Shown here piece by piece: positions 1-13,207 of a stretch of 64,000 bases of DNA; within the stretch, counting starts at the first letter, position 1; each line of letters starts with the position of its first letter. The DNA lies in assembly GCA_012798695.1 (NCBI GenBank), contig JAAZMR010000028.1, forward strand, positions 57,168-121,167. Reading direction: 5' to 3'. Both the position numbers and the translations under genes were made by a program. The notes beneath the pieces are model-generated. The model saw only the letters and a program-made list of their open reading frames with translations, did not search any database and had not been told where the DNA came from. This DNA is from Bacillota bacterium (GTDB lineage Bacteria; Bacillota; Limnochordia; DTU087).

Positions 1-50
1 CTGTCGAACTCTCTCGGCCTAAACTCTGCAGTATAGCCACTGGTCCTTCC

Positions 51-1250
51 TTAGCCGAGGATCTTCGTTACTACTCCGGCACCTACCGTGCGTCCACCCT
101 CACGAATAGCGAAGCGTAGACCCTCTTCCATAGCAATAGGAGTAATGAGTTCACCCATCACCCGCACGTTATCTCCAGGCATAATCATCTCTACACCCTC
201 GGGTAGATTGACGACACCGGTAACGTCAGTAGTCCGGAAATAGAACTGGGGACGGTAACCACTGAAAAACGGCGTATGGCGACCGCCTTCTTCCTTGGAC
301 AGGACGTAAACCTCTCCTTCAAACTTGGTATGAGGAGTAATGCTTCCCGGTTTGGCTAAAACCTGTCCTCGCTCGATCTCCTCACGCTCAACTCCCCGAA
401 GCAGCACACCGATGTTGTCACCAGCCTGAGCTTCATCCAACAGCTTGCGGAACATCTCGACACCAGTCGCCACAGTCTTGCGGCTATCAGGACGCAGACC
501 AACGATCTCGACATCATCGCCGACCCGGATGCGGCCGCGTTCTACCCTACCAGTTGCCACAGTTCCTCGACCGGTAATAGTAAACACGTCTTCAACCGGC
601 ATTAGGAAAGGCTTGTCGACATCGCGCTCGGGAGTGGGGATATAGTCATCTACGGCATCCATCAATTTCTGGAGCCTCTCACACCACTCACACTCGCCAC
701 AGCCCCCGCACTCCAAGACCTTTAGGCCAGAACCGGATAGAATCGGAATCTCGTCACCAGGGAACTCATACTCATTCAAAAGATCCCGGACTTCCATCTC
801 GACTAGCTCCATGAGCTCGTCATCATCTACCATATCAGCTTTGTTCAGCCATACTACAATGGCCGGTACCCCAACCTGACGGGCCAAGAGAATATGCTCC
901 CGGGTTTGGGGCATGGGGCCGTCAGCAGCGGATACTACAAGGATAGCTCCATCCATCTGGGCAGCTCCGGTAATCATGTTCTTAACATAGTCAGCGTGAC
1001 CGGGGCAGTCCACATGAGCATAGTGTCGTGTATCAGTCTCATATTCTACGTGAGCGGTATTAATCGTAATACCACGTTCTCTTTCTTCAGGAGCCTTGTC
1101 AATCTCGTCAAATTTCCGCACAGCTGCCTTTCCAGTCCTGGAAAGCATCAAAGTAATCGCGGCTGTCGTTGTAGTCTTACCGTGGTCTACGTGACCGATG
1201 GTCCCAATGTTTACGTGAGGTTTTGTCCTTTCAAACTTCTGTTTGGCCAT
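51..1250 (-). CDS. tuf: Elongation factor Tu
   Basis: [10 protein letters not shown]-loop, [27 protein letters not shown]; follows fusA. Confidence 0.99.
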   Translation of the reverse strand: MAKQKFERTKPHVNIGTIGHVDHGKTTTTAAITLMLSRTGKAAVRKFDEIDKAPEERERGITINTAHVEYETDTRHYAHVDCPGHADYVKNMITGAAQMDGAILVVSAADGPMPQTREHILLARQVGVPAIVVWLNKADMVDDDELMELVEMEVRDLLNEYEFPGDEIPILSGSGLKVLECGGCGECEWCERLQKLMDAVDDYIPTPERDVDKPFLMPVEDVFTITGRGTVATGRVERGRIRVGDDVEIVGLRPDSRKTVATGVEMFRKLLDEAQAGDNIGVLLRGVEREEIERGQVLAKPGSITPHTKFEGEVYVLSKEEGGRHTPFFSGYRPQFYFRTTDVTGVVNLPEGVEMIMPGDNVRVMGELITPIAMEEGLRFAIREGGRTVGAGVVTKILG

Positions 1251-1375
1251 TCTTCATATCCTCCTTCGCAAGCGGCTCAATGTATCTAGCGCCTGGCGCT
1301 GCTTTATTAGCTACCGACTAAAGGCTCGTCCCAGCCCTTCGTCAGCTAGCTTCCCACACAACACATAACAGACAA

Positions 1376-3445
1376 TCATATCCTAGCGATAAGCTCTTCC
1401 ATCATACTAGCTGGCACTTCTTCATACTGGGCAAAGCGCATTACGTAACTGGCTCGCCCCTGTGTCATGGAGCGTAAATCGGTAGCATATCCGAACATCT
1501 CTCGTAAAGGCACCAAAGCATTAATCGTCTGGGCTGTGCCTCTCACTTCCATACCTTCAATCCTGCCCCGCCGTGCATTCAAATTGCCCAATACATCGCC
1601 GAGGAATTCTTCAGGAGTAACAACTTCAACCTGCATGATTGGTTCCAGCAAGATCGGTTCAGCCTTCTTGATGCCTTCCCGGCATCCCAGGGAACCTGCG
1701 ATCTTGAAAGCCATCTCGGATGAATCCACTTCATGATAGGAACCATCTATCAAGGTGACTTTCACATCGACGATCGGGTATCCAGCCAAGACGCCGCTTA
1801 GCATAGCTTCCTTGACACCGGCTTCAACTGCCGGTATATATTCCTTAGGCACTACGCCACCAACGATCTTGCTTTCAAACTCGAAACCGGCACCACGTTC
1901 CTGTGGTTCTACATCCAATACGACATGCCCATATTGGCCCCGGCCCCCGGTCTGTCGAATAAATCTCCCCTCACTGCGGACGCTTTTGCCAATGGTTTCT
2001 CTATAGGCCACCTGGGGTTTACCCACATTTGCCTCAACACTGAACTCACGCAGCAGCCGGTCAACTATTACTTCCAGATGCAGTTCACCCATACCTGAAA
2101 TGATAGTCTGACCCGTCTCCTCGTCTGTCCGGACCTGGAAGGTGGGGTCCTCTTCCGATAATCTCTGTAATCCCATTCCCAATTTATCCTGATCAGCCTT
2201 GGTCTTGGGCTCAATAGCCCGGTCAATCACCGGTGCAGGAAATACCAAGGACTCCAAAACAATTGGCTCATCCTCGTCACTGAGAGTATCACCAGTGCCC
2301 GTGTTTCTTAGACCGACAGCCGCGGCAATCTCACCACTATAGACAGCGTCCTTTTCTTCCCGATGATTGGCATGCATCTGCAAAATACGCCCGATGCGTT
2401 CCTTCTTCCCTTTGCTGGAGTTAAATACATAGGATCCAGCTCGTAAGACCCCTGAATATACTCGGAAGAACGCCAATTTACCAACATAAGGGTCAGTCAT
2501 GATCTTGAAGGCCAAAGCGCTAAAGGGAGCATCATCGGTTAGAGCTCGCTTTACCGGCTCATCTGTGCTCAGATCTGTCCCTTCTACAGGAGGCAGATCA
2601 CTAGGAGCAGGCAAGTAGTCCACTACAGCATCCAGCAAAGGTTGGACACCTTTGTTCTTAAATGAGGACCCACATAGTACCGGCACAATCTTAGTTGCCA
2701 GTGTCCCTTTCCGCAGGGCTTTCTTAATATCGTCTACAGAAAGCTCTTCCCCCTCGAGATACTTTACCATCAAGTCTTCATCAAAATCGACTACGCCCTC
2801 GAGTAATCTCTCTCGAGCCTCAGCCACCTCATCCAGCATCTCTGAGGGAATATCTGTTTCTTCCCGTCTACTACCTAAATCATCGGCGTAATGAATTGCC
2901 TTCAAACGGATCAAGTCTACGATACCGGAAAAGTTTTCTTCAGCCCCGATGGGTAACTGGATGGGTACTGCGTTCGCGCCTAGGCGCTTGCGCATCATCT
3001 CCACAGCATCTTTGAAGTTAGCTCCAACCCGGTCCATCTTATTTATATAGGCAATGCGGGGTACGTGATACCGATCTGCCTGTCTCCAGACGGTCTCCGA
3101 CTGGGGCTCAACACCCCCTACGGAACAAAATACCGCTATGGCGCCATCTAGTACCCGCAGCGACCGTTCTACTTCCACCGTAAAGTCCACGTGTCCGGGC
3201 GTGTCAATAATGTTGATACGATGATCTTGCCAGTGACACGTAGTAGCAGCAGAAGTAATAGTAATACCCCGTTCCCGCTCTTGAACCATCCAGTCCATAG
3301 TAGCGGCACCATCATGGACCTCTCCGATCTTGTGGACACGACCAGTATAGAACAAAATACGTTCTGTCGTTGTGGTCTTGCCCGCATCGATGTGAGCCAT
3401 TATTCCAATATTTCTTGTCTTCTCTATGGGAAAATCCCGAGCCAC
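1376..3445 (-). CDS. fusA: Elongation factor G
   Basis: [33 protein letters not shown]; start set at GTG 3445 after GGGAGG RBS. Confidence 0.99.
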   Translation of the reverse strand: MARDFPIEKTRNIGIMAHIDAGKTTTTERILFYTGRVHKIGEVHDGAATMDWMVQERERGITITSAATTCHWQDHRINIIDTPGHVDFTVEVERSLRVLDGAIAVFCSVGGVEPQSETVWRQADRYHVPRIAYINKMDRVGANFKDAVEMMRKRLGANAVPIQLPIGAEENFSGIVDLIRLKAIHYADDLGSRREETDIPSEMLDEVAEARERLLEGVVDFDEDLMVKYLEGEELSVDDIKKALRKGTLATKIVPVLCGSSFKNKGVQPLLDAVVDYLPAPSDLPPVEGTDLSTDEPVKRALTDDAPFSALAFKIMTDPYVGKLAFFRVYSGVLRAGSYVFNSSKGKKERIGRILQMHANHREEKDAVYSGEIAAAVGLRNTGTGDTLSDEDEPIVLESLVFPAPVIDRAIEPKTKADQDKLGMGLQRLSEEDPTFQVRTDEETGQTIISGMGELHLEVIVDRLLREFSVEANVGKPQVAYRETIGKSVRSEGRFIRQTGGRGQYGHVVLDVEPQERGAGFEFESKIVGGVVPKEYIPAVEAGVKEAMLSGVLAGYPIVDVKVTLIDGSYHEVDSSEMAFKIAGSLGCREGIKKAEPILLEPIMQVEVVTPEEFLGDVLGNLNARRGRIEGMEVRGTAQTINALVPLREMFGYATDLRSMTQGRASYVMRFAQYEEVPASMMEELIARI

Positions 3446-3508
3446 TCTATAAGCCTCCCAACCAGTCCATCGCAACTAAATCCAGTGCTTCAAAATCGAA
3501 GCAATTCT

Positions 3509-3979
3509 CTACCACCGATAGTGAGCAAAAGCCTTGTTAGCTTCTGCCATCCGATGCATTTCTTCCTTCCTTCGGACAGCACCGCCGGTGTTATTGGCAG
3601 CATCCATGAGCTCCGCCGCCAGACGGGAGGCCATAGACCGCTCACCTCGGGTTCTAGAAAACAGCACTAGCCACCTAAGAGCCAGCGACCGGCGCCGGTC
3701 GGGTCTCACTTCCACTGGCACTTGGTAAGTAGCCCCTCCCACTCGCCGAGGTTTGACTTCCAATACCGGCATGATGTTCTTCAAAGCCTCTTCCACGACT
3801 TCCATGGGCTCCTTGCCAGTCTTCTCCTGGACCTCATCTAGCGCGGTGTAGACAATGCGCTCTGCTGTGTTTTTCTTGCCATCCAACATGACTGTATTGA
3901 TTAACTGAGCCACCAGTTCACTTTCGAACTGGGGGTCTGCCAGGATGTCGCGTTTTGGTATGTTACCTTTTCTCGGCAT
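3509..3979 (-). CDS. rpsG: 30S ribosomal protein S7
   Basis: MPRKG start, [26 protein letters not shown]. Confidence 0.99.
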   Translation of the reverse strand: MPRKGNIPKRDILADPQFESELVAQLINTVMLDGKKNTAERIVYTALDEVQEKTGKEPMEVVEEALKNIMPVLEVKPRRVGGATYQVPVEVRPDRRRSLALRWLVLFSRTRGERSMASRLAAELMDAANNTGGAVRRKEEMHRMAEANKAFAHYRW

Positions 3980-4090
3980 TAATTCCCCCCCTTTGCCAAA
4001 GCGACGGCGTCACCGGACCAATAACTTCTAGCCCTTGTCACCATCCCTCATAGTATCCAGTAAAGCGGCCTAAATATGCAATCACAGCCT

Positions 4091-4504
4091 TTACTTGGGC
4101 CGTTTTGCCCCATACTTAGACCTGCTTTGACGGCGATTCTCCACACCAGCTGCGTCTAGAGTTCCCCGCACAACATGATAGCGAACTCCAGGGATATCTC
4201 TAATTCGGCCGCCTCTGACCAGTACCACCGAGTGTTCCTGCAGATTATGGCCCTCACCGGGGATATACGAAGTGACTTCAATGCCATTAGTAAGCCGTAC
4301 ACGTGCTACCTTTCGTAGGGCGGAATTCGGCTTCTTTGGCGTACTGGTATATACCCTAGTGCATACTCCCCGCTTCTGTGGCGCGCCGGAAGTTAGAACT
4401 CTCTCATTCTTGAGTGTGTTCTGAAGGTAACGCAAGGCTGGAGCTGTAGCCTTTTTCTTGACTTGCTTTCTGCCTTGACGCACCAATTGATTAATCGTTG
4501 GCAT
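4091..4504 (-). CDS. rpsL: 30S ribosomal protein S12
   Basis: [38 protein letters not shown]; Firmicutes-type insert. Confidence 0.99.
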   Translation of the reverse strand: MPTINQLVRQGRKQVKKKATAPALRYLQNTLKNERVLTSGAPQKRGVCTRVYTSTPKKPNSALRKVARVRLTNGIEVTSYIPGEGHNLQEHSVVLVRGGRIRDIPGVRYHVVRGTLDAAGVENRRQSRSKYGAKRPK

Positions 4505-4524
4505 CTAACTCCCCCCTTCTTCTT

Positions 4525-4770
4525 CTATTTGAGGATTGCGGCCGCTGCCGCTCCTACATCAATACCACAGTACTTGCCCAGCTGCCTCATAGAATCTACA
4601 TAGATAATTTCCAGACCTTGGTCTATACACTGGCGCTGTAAAGGTTCAATGACTCGTGGTTCTGCATCCCGGGCTACATAGCATACTGAGACTTGGTCTT
4701 CCTTCAAGGCCCTGTAAGTGCGTTTGGTGCCTACCAACTTGCGCCTGGCATCTTTTAACCTAGCCGGCAC
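4525..4770 (-). CDS. L7Ae/L30e-family K-turn RNA-binding protein (YbxF-like)
   Basis: VGTKRT..AL, ARDAE, SMRQLGKYCGIDVGAAAA; conserved position upstream of rpsL; start chosen at GTG 4770 after GGGGGAG. Confidence 0.9.
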   Translation of the reverse strand: MPARLKDARRKLVGTKRTYRALKEDQVSVCYVARDAEPRVIEPLQRQCIDQGLEIIYVDSMRQLGKYCGIDVGAAAAAILK

Positions 4771-4834
4771 TGGAACACTCCCCCTACCCGCCAAGTATCT
4801 CGGCCCGAAACTTCAGCAATACACACACTCACAC

Positions 4835-4863
4835 ATTTTAGCACCACCACAACTACCTGTCAA
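4835..4863 (-). promoter_or_regulatory. Sigma-A promoter of the str operon
   Basis: Minus strand TTGACA-17nt-TAAAAT with extended TG. Confidence 0.8.
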
Positions 4864-4896
4864 GGGCTAAAGCCGGTGGGGGCCGGCAGCTTTCCT

Positions 4897-7800
4897 CTAG
4901 CCAGTTACGGCTTCGGCCCCCACAGGTTCCGCTTTGGCTTCATCCGAAACCTCTACAGGTTCGGCCCCATCAGCCTTCGTCACATACACTGTCCGGTAGT
5001 GTGACATACCCGTACCAGCAGGTACCAATTTGCCGATAATGACATTTTCCTTTAGGCCTAAGAGCGGATCGTATTTACCCTTAAGCGCAGCATCTGTCAA
5101 CACACGGGTAGTCTCCTGAAAAGAAGCCGCGGAAAGAAAGCTTTCTGTAGCCAACGATGCCTTGGTAATACCCAGTAAGGCGGGCTTGGCTACTGCTGGT
5201 TCTCCACCTTCCGCTATTACCCGCCCATTTTCATCCTCAAACTCAGAGGAGTCTACCAAACCGCCAGGCAACAAATCAGTATCTCCAGGCTTCTCAACCT
5301 TCACTTTGCGGAGCATTTGTCGGATGATGACTTCAATATGCTTATCATTGATGTCAACACCCTGCGAGCGGTATACTTCCTGTACTTCCCGTACCAAATA
5401 AGATTGAACAGCCCGCACTCCTTTGACCTTTAAGATCTCATGGGGATTTACCGAACCTTCCGTCAGCTGATCCCCAGCTTCCACGTAGCCACCTTCTCTT
5501 ACCTTGAGGCGGGCCCCATAAGGAACGGTATGACTCTTCTCTTCCCCATCCTCTGTGGTTACGATTACTTTCCGAACCCCTTTACTCTCAGTAATAGAGG
5601 CCTTGCCGGATACTTCCGTTATGATCGCTTGGCCTTTAGGCTTACGAGCCTCAAATAGCTCTTCCACCCTAGGCAAACCGGCAGTGATATCATCACCTGC
5701 CACCCCACCGGTGTGGAAAGTCCTCATGGTCAGCTGTGTACCCGGTTCTCCAATAGATTGGGCGGCAATGGTACCTACAGCCTCACCCACATCTACCAGT
5801 TTGCCAGTGGCCAGGTTCCGGCCATAGCACCGTGCACACACACCATGGCGAGTCTTACAGGTAAGCACTGAGCGAATTTCGGCTTCCTCTACACCTGCTT
5901 TTTCCACCGCCTCAGCCATATCTTCATCGATCAGTTGATTGGCTTCAACCAACACTTCTCCGGTTTCCGGATGCAAAATCGGGGCTGCTGCCACTCTTCC
6001 GGTCAGCCGCTCACTGAGTGGCTCGATAACTTGTTCTATGTCACGGCCCACGTCAGTGATGGCTCTCATCCCAACTCCCTGTTCAGTACCACAATCCACC
6101 TCGCGTACGATTACGTCCTGGGCCACATCAACCAGCCGCCGCGTAAGGTAACCCGAGTCAGCCGTTCTCAGGGCTGTATCGGCCAAACCCTTACGGGTAC
6201 CATGAGTTGAGTTGAAGTACTCTAAGACAGTCAGGCCTTCTCGGAAGTTAGCCTTAATGGGTATCTCAATCGTCTTGCCAGTTGGGTCAGCTACCAAACC
6301 TCGCATACCGGCTAGCTGGCTCAGCTGTGATTCGTTACCACGGGCACCGGACCGAGCCATCATCCAGATGGGGTTAAAGTCATCACTATGGTCCCGCATA
6401 GCCTGTGTTACTTCTTCCTTAGTCCTGGTCCAGATATCACAGATTCTCTGATATCTTTCCTCAGCTGTTAGCAATCCCCGACGGTGCTGCTGTTCTACGG
6501 TTTCAACTTGCTCCTCTGCCTGGGCAATCAATGGCGCCTTCTCCGGTGGGCTGGTGATATCACAGAGAGCAACAGTGGTACCGGATATGGTAGCATAGTG
6601 AAAGCCCAACCGTTTCACATCATCTAGCACTTCAGCTGTACGAGTATTGCCAAAGAAGCGATAAAGCCGTCCCACTAGGTTAGCTAGTTCTTTGCTGCCG
6701 ACAACACCGTTGTAGAAACCCAATTCCTCCGGCATAATCTCATTGAAGAAGACACGGCCCGCCGTAGTTTCAAGGGTTTCCCCTTTCCACCGAACGGTGA
6801 TCTTGGCATGTAGGTCTATCTGTTGATCCGCATAGGCCATATGCACTTCTTCAGGAAAAGAGAAATGCCGGCCTTCACCCCGGGCCCCATCTTTCTTCTG
6901 AGTCAAGTAGTAGCAGCCGATTACCATATCCTGTGTAGGAGTGGTAACAGGGCGGCCACTGGCAGGCAAGAGAATATTATGAGTCGACAGCATCAAGAGC
7001 CGTGCCTCTGCCTGCGCTTCGGCTGACAACGGTACGTGTACCGCCATTTGGTCACCATCAAAGTCAGCATTATAAGCAGTACATACCAATGGGTGAATCC
7101 GAATTGCCCGGCCCTCAACTAGTACCGGCTCAAAGGCCTGAATACCTAGTCGGTGCAAGGTCGGAGCTCGGTTTAGTAGTACCGGATGTTCTTTGATAAC
7201 CTCCTCCAAGACATCCCAGACCTCAGGCCTAACCCGCTCTACCATACGCTTAGCACTCTTGATATTGTGGGCATGGCCTAGATCGACCAGCCTTTTCATG
7301 ACAAAAGGCTTAAACAACTCTAGAGCCATTTCCTTGGGCAAGCCACACTGATGCATCTTCAGTTCCGGCCCTACAACGATCACAGAGCGGCCCGAATAAT
7401 CCACTCGCTTGCCGAGTAGATTCTGACGGAAACGCCCTTGCTTGCCCTTCAGCATATCTGAAAGAGATTTGAGTGGACGGTTCCCAGGACCTGTTACGGG
7501 GCGGCCCCGCCGTCCGTTGTCGATTAGGGCATCTACAGCTTCCTGCAGCATGCGTTTTTCGTTGCGCACAATAATATCTGGCGCTCCCAGCTCCAATAAC
7601 CGTTTCAGCCTGTTATTCCGGTTAATCACCCGCCGATAGAGGTCATTTAGGTCAGAGGTCGCAAATCGGCCACCATCTAACTGCACCATAGGCCGCAACT
7701 CCGGCGGGATCACTGGAATTACGTCTAAAATCATCCACTCCGGACGATTCCCGGATTTCCGGAAACCTTCAATTACTTCCAACCGACGAATAGCTCTTGA

Positions 7801-8409
7801 ACGACGCTGCCCGGTACTCTCCTTGATCTCCAACCGTAATTCACGGGAAAGCTCCTCTAGGTCAATTTCCTCCAGCAATCGTTTGACTGCCTCAGCCCCC
7901 ATGCCGGCCTGAAAACCATTTCCATACTTGCTGCGGCATTCGCGATATTCTTGCTCATTCAAGAGCTGTTTCTTAGCTAAGGGTGTCTCGCCCGGATCAA
8001 TTACTATATATGAAGCAAAATACAGGACCCTTTCCAAAGTCCGTGGAGACATATCTAAGGTCAGCCCCATGCGACTCGGGATCCCTTTGAAATACCAAAT
8101 ATGGGAGACCGGTGCAGCCAATTCCATATGGCCCATCCGTTCCCGCCGCACTTTAGCCCGGGTAACCTCTACACCACACCGATCACATACAATACCCTTA
8201 TAACGAACTCGCTTGTATTTCCCGCAATGGCACTCCCAGTCCTTACTAGGGCCAAAAATCTTCTCACAGAACAATCCCTCGCGTTCCGGCTTCAAGGTCC
8301 GATAGTTAATTGTTTCCGGTTTCTTAACCTCACCACTAGACCAAGCCCGGATCTGCTCCGGTGAAGCAAGGCCAATGCGAATGGCATCAAAATTGTTGAC
8401 ATCCATCAT
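4897..8409 (-). CDS. rpoC: RNA polymerase beta' subunit
   Basis: [10 protein letters not shown]-terminal zinc-ribbon cysteines, NADFDGDQM catalytic motif, SAASFQET; start at MMDVNNF after AGGAG. Confidence 0.99.
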   Translation of the reverse strand: MMDVNNFDAIRIGLASPEQIRAWSSGEVKKPETINYRTLKPEREGLFCEKIFGPSKDWECHCGKYKRVRYKGIVCDRCGVEVTRAKVRRERMGHMELAAPVSHIWYFKGIPSRMGLTLDMSPRTLERVLYFASYIVIDPGETPLAKKQLLNEQEYRECRSKYGNGFQAGMGAEAVKRLLEEIDLEELSRELRLEIKESTGQRRSRAIRRLEVIEGFRKSGNRPEWMILDVIPVIPPELRPMVQLDGGRFATSDLNDLYRRVINRNNRLKRLLELGAPDIIVRNEKRMLQEAVDALIDNGRRGRPVTGPGNRPLKSLSDMLKGKQGRFRQNLLGKRVDYSGRSVIVVGPELKMHQCGLPKEMALELFKPFVMKRLVDLGHAHNIKSAKRMVERVRPEVWDVLEEVIKEHPVLLNRAPTLHRLGIQAFEPVLVEGRAIRIHPLVCTAYNADFDGDQMAVHVPLSAEAQAEARLLMLSTHNILLPASGRPVTTPTQDMVIGCYYLTQKKDGARGEGRHFSFPEEVHMAYADQQIDLHAKITVRWKGETLETTAGRVFFNEIMPEELGFYNGVVGSKELANLVGRLYRFFGNTRTAEVLDDVKRLGFHYATISGTTVALCDITSPPEKAPLIAQAEEQVETVEQQHRRGLLTAEERYQRICDIWTRTKEEVTQAMRDHSDDFNPIWMMARSGARGNESQLSQLAGMRGLVADPTGKTIEIPIKANFREGLTVLEYFNSTHGTRKGLADTALRTADSGYLTRRLVDVAQDVIVREVDCGTEQGVGMRAITDVGRDIEQVIEPLSERLTGRVAAAPILHPETGEVLVEANQLIDEDMAEAVEKAGVEEAEIRSVLTCKTRHGVCARCYGRNLATGKLVDVGEAVGTIAAQSIGEPGTQLTMRTFHTGGVAGDDITAGLPRVEELFEARKPKGQAIITEVSGKASITESKGVRKVIVTTEDGEEKSHTVPYGARLKVREGGYVEAGDQLTEGSVNPHEILKVKGVRAVQSYLVREVQEVYRSQGVDINDKHIEVIIRQMLRKVKVEKPGDTDLLPGGLVDSSEFEDENGRVIAEGGEPAVAKPALLGITKASLATESFLSAASFQETTRVLTDAALKGKYDPLLGLKENVIIGKLVPAGTGMSHYRTVYVTKADGAEPVEVSDEAKAEPVGAEAVTG

Positions 8410-8497
8410 GAAGCAACCACTCCTCTTGTCTAGAACCGTCTCGCACAAAAGGTGATGGAGCTCGCTAGAACCCCGCAAAAACTATCTCCCTGTTCCT

Positions 8498-11400
8498 TCA
8501 CATATCTTCATCATCGTCATCGTAGTCTGGATCCAGATAGTCATCCTCTTCTTCATCAATGGACTCATCTTTTTCATAGTCCAATTCATCATAGTCCACC
8601 TCATCAGCTTCGTCTTCACTGATTGTGTCCGGATCCATCTCCTCATCAGCCGTATCATATTCTTCTGGTAGATCATCGTCCCCATCACTTTCCATCTCCG
8701 GCTCTCCTGGTGCTTCATCTGGCACCATCTTCCTACCCCGGAATCTCTTGCTTTCAGATTCCTCTGTATCATTCTCTCGGTCCTCTTGCTCGCCCCGCCG
8801 TCGCACCTGACCGATCTCTCTACTTTGAATATCAATACCCAGTTCTTTGGCCATCTCACTGACGTCTTCGTCGACTTCCTTAATCTCTACTTCGCCTGCA
8901 TCACTGAAAACCCGTACATCCAGGCAAAGACTTTGCAGTTCTTTAATCAAAACCTTGAAAGACTCGGGCACACCGGGCTCGGGTATGTTCTCACCCTTGA
9001 CGATGGCCTCATAGGTCTTGACTCGGCCCACCACATCATCGGATTTGACGGTCAAGAGTTCCTGGAGAGTATAGGCGGCACCATAGGCTTCCAGTGCCCA
9101 CACTTCCATCTCTCCAAACCGCTGGCCCCCGAACTGTGCCTTGCCACCTAGTGGCTGTTGGGTCACTAATGAGTAAGGGCCTGTGGAGCGAGCATGAATC
9201 TTATCATCCACTAGATGGGCCAATTTGAGCATATATATATAACCAACCGTTACATCGTTCTCAAAGGTTTCTCCGGTACGGCCGTCACGCAGACGGATCT
9301 TCCCAGTCTCTGGCAGGCCTACCTCTTCCAGCATGGCCTCGATCTCATCCTCTCCAGCACCATCAAATACCGGTGTGGAGACTCGTACACCCTTCGCTGC
9401 CGCTGCCCACCCTAAATGCGTTTCCAATATTTGCCCAATATTCATTCGAGATGGGACACCCAAGGGGTTAAGAACGATCTCTACTGGCCGCCCATCGGGC
9501 AGAACCGGCATATCTTCCTCTGGCAATATGCGAGCAATGACCCCCTTATTGCCATGACGCCCCGCCATTTTGTCACCTTCAGAGATCTTGCGCTTCTGAG
9601 CTACATATACCCGTACCAAGCGATTGACACCTGGTGACAGTTCATCACCATTGTCCCGGGAGAAAACCTTCACATCAACTACGGTACCACCTTCTCCATG
9701 GGGCACCCGCAAGGAAGTATCCCGTACTTCTCGAGCTTTCTCACCAAAAATCGCCCGCAATAGACGCTCTTCCGCAGTTAGTTCCGTTTCGCCCTTAGGC
9801 GTCACCTTGCCGACCAAAATATCTCCTGGCTGTACTTCGGCTCCGATCCGAATGACGCCCCGTGCATCTAGATCCTTGAGGACATCCTCCCCGACATTGG
9901 GTATATCCCGGGTAATCTCTTCAGAACCTAGTTTCGTATCTCGAGCCTGAGCCTCATATTCCTCAATATGAATCGATGTAAAAACATCATGCTTGACCAA
10001 ATTCTCGCTGATCAAAATGGCATCTTCGTAGTTGTATCCTTCCCATGGCATGAAGGCCACCAACACATTGCGGCCCAGAGCCAGCTCGCCATTATCCGTA
10101 GAAGGCCCGTCTGCAATCACATCACCCGCATGGACCCTCACGCCCTTTCTGACGAGGGGGCGCTGATTGATGCACGTTCCCTGGTTGGAGCGCTCAAATT
10201 TCATCAAATTGTAGATATCCCGACCCCCGGCGCCAGTCCGGATCACTATCTCCCGAGCAGTTACCTTTTCCACCACACCTGAGTTCTTGGCAACAACCAT
10301 CACACCTGAATCCAGGGCGGTCTTAAACTCCATGCCGGTGCCTACATAGGCTGCCTCGGCTTCCAAAAGGGGTACCGCCTGGCGCTGCATATTGGCCCCC
10401 ATCAATGCTCGGGAAGCGTCATCATTCTCCAAGAAAGGGATCAGCGCTGTGGCTACACTAACCAGCTGCTTAGGTGACACGTCCATAAAATCTACCTGTT
10501 CCGCCGGAACAAGGAGAATCCGATCCATATATCGAACTGTAACCCGGGGATGGATAAATCGTCCATCAGCATCCAAGGGTTCGTTAGCCTGAGCGACAAC
10601 ATAGTTGTCCTCTTCATCGGCAGTCAAATACCGTACTTCATCGGTGACTCGCCCATTATCTACCCGGCGATATGGTGTCTCGATGAAGCCATACTCGTTC
10701 ATCCGGGCATAGGTACAAAGTGATCCGATCAGGCCGATATTGGGCCCTTCCGGAGTCTCAATGGGACACATCCGGCCATAATGGGAGTGGTGTACATCCC
10801 TAACTTCAAACCCGGCCCTCTCCCGGCTGAGGCCACCTGGCCCCAGGGCAGATAGCCGCCGCTTGTGAGTCAACTCTGCCAATGGGTTGGTCTGATCCAT
10901 AAACTGGGACAACTGACTGCTGCCAAAGAATTCTTTGATAGCCGCCACCACCGGCCTAATGTTAATCAAGGCTTGGGGGGTAATAATGTCCACATCTTGA
11001 ATGGTCATGCGTTCACGCACAACCCTCTCCATCCGGGAAAGCCCAATTCGAAACTGGTTCTGCAAAAGCTCCCCCACAGCCTTCAACCGACGGTTGCCTA
11101 GATGGTCAATATCATCAGTACTACCCACACCAGACATGAGATTAAAAAGATAACCTACCGTAGCAACTATATCCTGTTGAGTAATAGCCCGCTGATCATC
11201 ACCAGGCTGGCCATTGCCAATGATCTTAACCTCTTCATCATCTTTGCCTCTTACATAGACGGCATTGACTTTGGACTCAACTAGGCGCTCCGCCGTACGG
11301 CGATCTATTCGAGCATTAGCATCTACCAAGATCTCGCCAGTCTCGAGATGTGCTATGGGCCTAGTCACAATCCGTCCCGTGAGACGCTCCGTGATGCGCA

Positions 11401-12232
11401 GTTTCTTATTGATCTTGTAGCGCCCTACAGCGGCCAGATCATAGCGCTTGTTATTATAAAAAAGTGTTTCAAATAAACTCCTAGCAGACTCTTCGGTGGG
11501 AGGCTCTCCAGGCCGCAGCCGCTTATAGATCTCTATGAGTCCTTCCCCTTCAGATGCAGTGTTGTCTTTATCTAGTGTCGGTCCAAGGGCCGGGGGATCA
11601 TTGAATAACTCAACGAGCTGAGCATTGGTGCCATAGCCAACCGCTCGCAGCAGCACAGTCACCGGCAATTTGCGAGTCCTATCCACCCGGACATATACTA
11701 CGTCATTGGCATCTGTCTCAAACTCCAGCCAAGCACCCCGGTTAGGAATTATGCTAGCATTATAGATATATTTACCACTGGAGTGCAGCTCTTGCCCATA
11801 GTATACTCCTGGCGACCGCACTAGCTGACTGACGATAACTCGTTCTGCTCCATTGATAATAAAGGTCCCTTTTTCTGTCATGAGAGGGAAATCCCCCATG
11901 AAGACCTCTTGTTCCTTTACTTCGCCGGTCTCTTTGTTGATGAGACGCGCCCGTACTTTTAGTGGCGCCGCATAGGTCACATCCCTATCCTTACATTCCT
12001 CCACAGAGTACTTGGGGTCACCTAGCGCATGATCAATAAACTCGAGCACCAGGTTCCCGGTAAAGTCTTCAATAGGGGAAATATCCTCAAAGGTCTCCAA
12101 AAGCCCTTCGTTGAGAAACCATTCATACGACGAGCGCTGGATATCAATGAGGTTAGGCATGTCAAGCACTTCTTTGATACTGCCAAAATTGATTGGCTTC
12201 TGCCTTTCTCTTACTTGTGGCATTGCGGCCAA
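8498..12232 (-). CDS. rpoB: RNA polymerase beta subunit with long acidic C-terminal tail
   Basis: [52 protein letters not shown]; start approximate (TTG 12232 or ATG 12223). Confidence 0.99.
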   Translation of the reverse strand: MAAMPQVRERQKPINFGSIKEVLDMPNLIDIQRSSYEWFLNEGLLETFEDISPIEDFTGNLVLEFIDHALGDPKYSVEECKDRDVTYAAPLKVRARLINKETGEVKEQEVFMGDFPLMTEKGTFIINGAERVIVSQLVRSPGVYYGQELHSSGKYIYNASIIPNRGAWLEFETDANDVVYVRVDRTRKLPVTVLLRAVGYGTNAQLVELFNDPPALGPTLDKDNTASEGEGLIEIYKRLRPGEPPTEESARSLFETLFYNNKRYDLAAVGRYKINKKLRITERLTGRIVTRPIAHLETGEILVDANARIDRRTAERLVESKVNAVYVRGKDDEEVKIIGNGQPGDDQRAITQQDIVATVGYLFNLMSGVGSTDDIDHLGNRRLKAVGELLQNQFRIGLSRMERVVRERMTIQDVDIITPQALINIRPVVAAIKEFFGSSQLSQFMDQTNPLAELTHKRRLSALGPGGLSRERAGFEVRDVHHSHYGRMCPIETPEGPNIGLIGSLCTYARMNEYGFIETPYRRVDNGRVTDEVRYLTADEEDNYVVAQANEPLDADGRFIHPRVTVRYMDRILLVPAEQVDFMDVSPKQLVSVATALIPFLENDDASRALMGANMQRQAVPLLEAEAAYVGTGMEFKTALDSGVMVVAKNSGVVEKVTAREIVIRTGAGGRDIYNLMKFERSNQGTCINQRPLVRKGVRVHAGDVIADGPSTDNGELALGRNVLVAFMPWEGYNYEDAILISENLVKHDVFTSIHIEEYEAQARDTKLGSEEITRDIPNVGEDVLKDLDARGVIRIGAEVQPGDILVGKVTPKGETELTAEERLLRAIFGEKAREVRDTSLRVPHGEGGTVVDVKVFSRDNGDELSPGVNRLVRVYVAQKRKISEGDKMAGRHGNKGVIARILPEEDMPVLPDGRPVEIVLNPLGVPSRMNIGQILETHLGWAAAAKGVRVSTPVFDGAGEDEIEAMLEEVGLPETGKIRLRDGRTGETFENDVTVGYIYMLKLAHLVDDKIHARSTGPYSLVTQQPLGGKAQFGGQRFGEMEVWALEAYGAAYTLQELLTVKSDDVVGRVKTYEAIVKGENIPEPGVPESFKVLIKELQSLCLDVRVFSDAGEVEIKEVDEDVSEMAKELGIDIQSREIGQVRRRGEQEDRENDTEESESKRFRGRKMVPDEAPGEPEMESDGDDDLPEEYDTADEEMDPDTISEDEADEVDYDELDYEKDESIDEEEDDYLDPDYDDDDEDM

Positions 12233-12520
12233 AGTGCTCACCTCTCCTTCAGGATCTCCGTTCTACCACCGAATCAGAGGCACCGTGCCTACAGGAGGCA
12301 AACCCCTTCAAACCCCTACAGCAAGAAATGGGAGACTGGCATCTATGCTTATGCATAGACCTCTCCCTGTTTTTCCCATGGCCTTGCTTAGAGAACGCAA
12401 AGCACACCTTTTAGCATTCGTCTCTTTGTCTGTAAATATGCGTCGGGAGTGCAAATAATGGTAAGCCACCAATGCTCTGTCCTGTATTATGGCACACTAC
12501 ACCTACTATAACACTTACTG

Positions 12521-12549
12521 ATTGTATCATGCCTTTTCTTGTGTGTCAA
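12521..12549 (-). promoter_or_regulatory. Sigma-A promoter of rpoBC
   Basis: Minus strand TTGACA-17nt-TACAAT with extended TG. Confidence 0.8.
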
Positions 12550-12655
12550 GCATGTCAGGGGCTTATTTCATACGGCCCCACCAAGGGATGTATATATATA
12601 GGAAACCCCGTTACAACACGAAGACTCGTGGTAGTCTCTTATTGCTGTTGATAAT

Positions 12656-12685
12656 AAAACGAAATGGGGCGATGGATCTCGCCCC
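12656..12685 (-). terminator. Intrinsic terminator after rplL
   Basis: GGGGCGA/TCGCCCC stem followed on the minus strand by ATTTCGTTTT. Confidence 0.6.
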
Positions 12686-12745
12686 TAATCTACTTTCTTC
12701 GCCTACAGCCGGATTTAGTAATGTCCAGCAAGAATCAAACCACTA

Positions 12746-13120
12746 TTACTTAATCTCTACACCGCCGCCAACTTCTTCGATCTTGGCTTTGATATCCTCG
12801 GCTTCTTCCTTGGATACGCCCTCTTTAACGGCCTTAGGCGCTTCGTCAACCAGGCCCTTGGCTTCCTTCAGGCCAAGCCCAGTGATCTCGCGTACTGCCT
12901 TGATAACCTGGATCTTCCTATCACCTGCGCTGGTCAGAATGACGTCAAACTCAGTCTGCTCAGCCTCTTCTGCTCCAGCTACCGCGGCGCCGGGCATAGC
13001 AGCTACTGCCATAGGAGCTGCTGCAGAAACGTCAAATCTTTCCTCAATAGCCTTAACCAGTTCCGAGAGTTCCAATACTGTCATATTTTCAATGGCGTCC
13101 AACATTTCCTCTTTAGTCAA
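12746..13120 (-). CDS. rplL: 50S ribosomal protein L7/L12
   Basis: [35 protein letters not shown]; TTG start after GAGGAGG. Confidence 0.98.
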   Translation of the reverse strand: MTKEEMLDAIENMTVLELSELVKAIEERFDVSAAAPMAVAAMPGAAVAGAEEAEQTEFDVILTSAGDRKIQVIKAVREITGLGLKEAKGLVDEAPKAVKEGVSKEEAEDIKAKIEEVGGGVEIK

Positions 13121-13207
13121 CTTAATTGCCTCCTCATCTGAATTACTCATTTAACCGGTATAATAATCCTTGTCCCTATCTGCCTGTAATGGTTAAGCAT
13201 CCATCCA

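Noticed and set aside
8482-8859. 125-aa Met/Lys-rich minus-strand ORF overlapping the rpoB 3' end
   Set aside because: Alternate-frame shadow of GAT/GAA-rich acidic codons; rpoB is open through to its own stop, so no frameshift is needed.
10830-10930. Rifampicin-resistance region of rpoB
   Set aside because: Sequence is the sensitive consensus; nothing unusual.
12522-13154. 210-aa plus-strand ORF and the many other antisense ORFs over core genes (e.g. 31598-32239, 32369-32956)
   Set aside because: Antisense shadows of well-conserved genes with Ser/Pro/Thr-rich composition, no RBS and no recognisable motifs.
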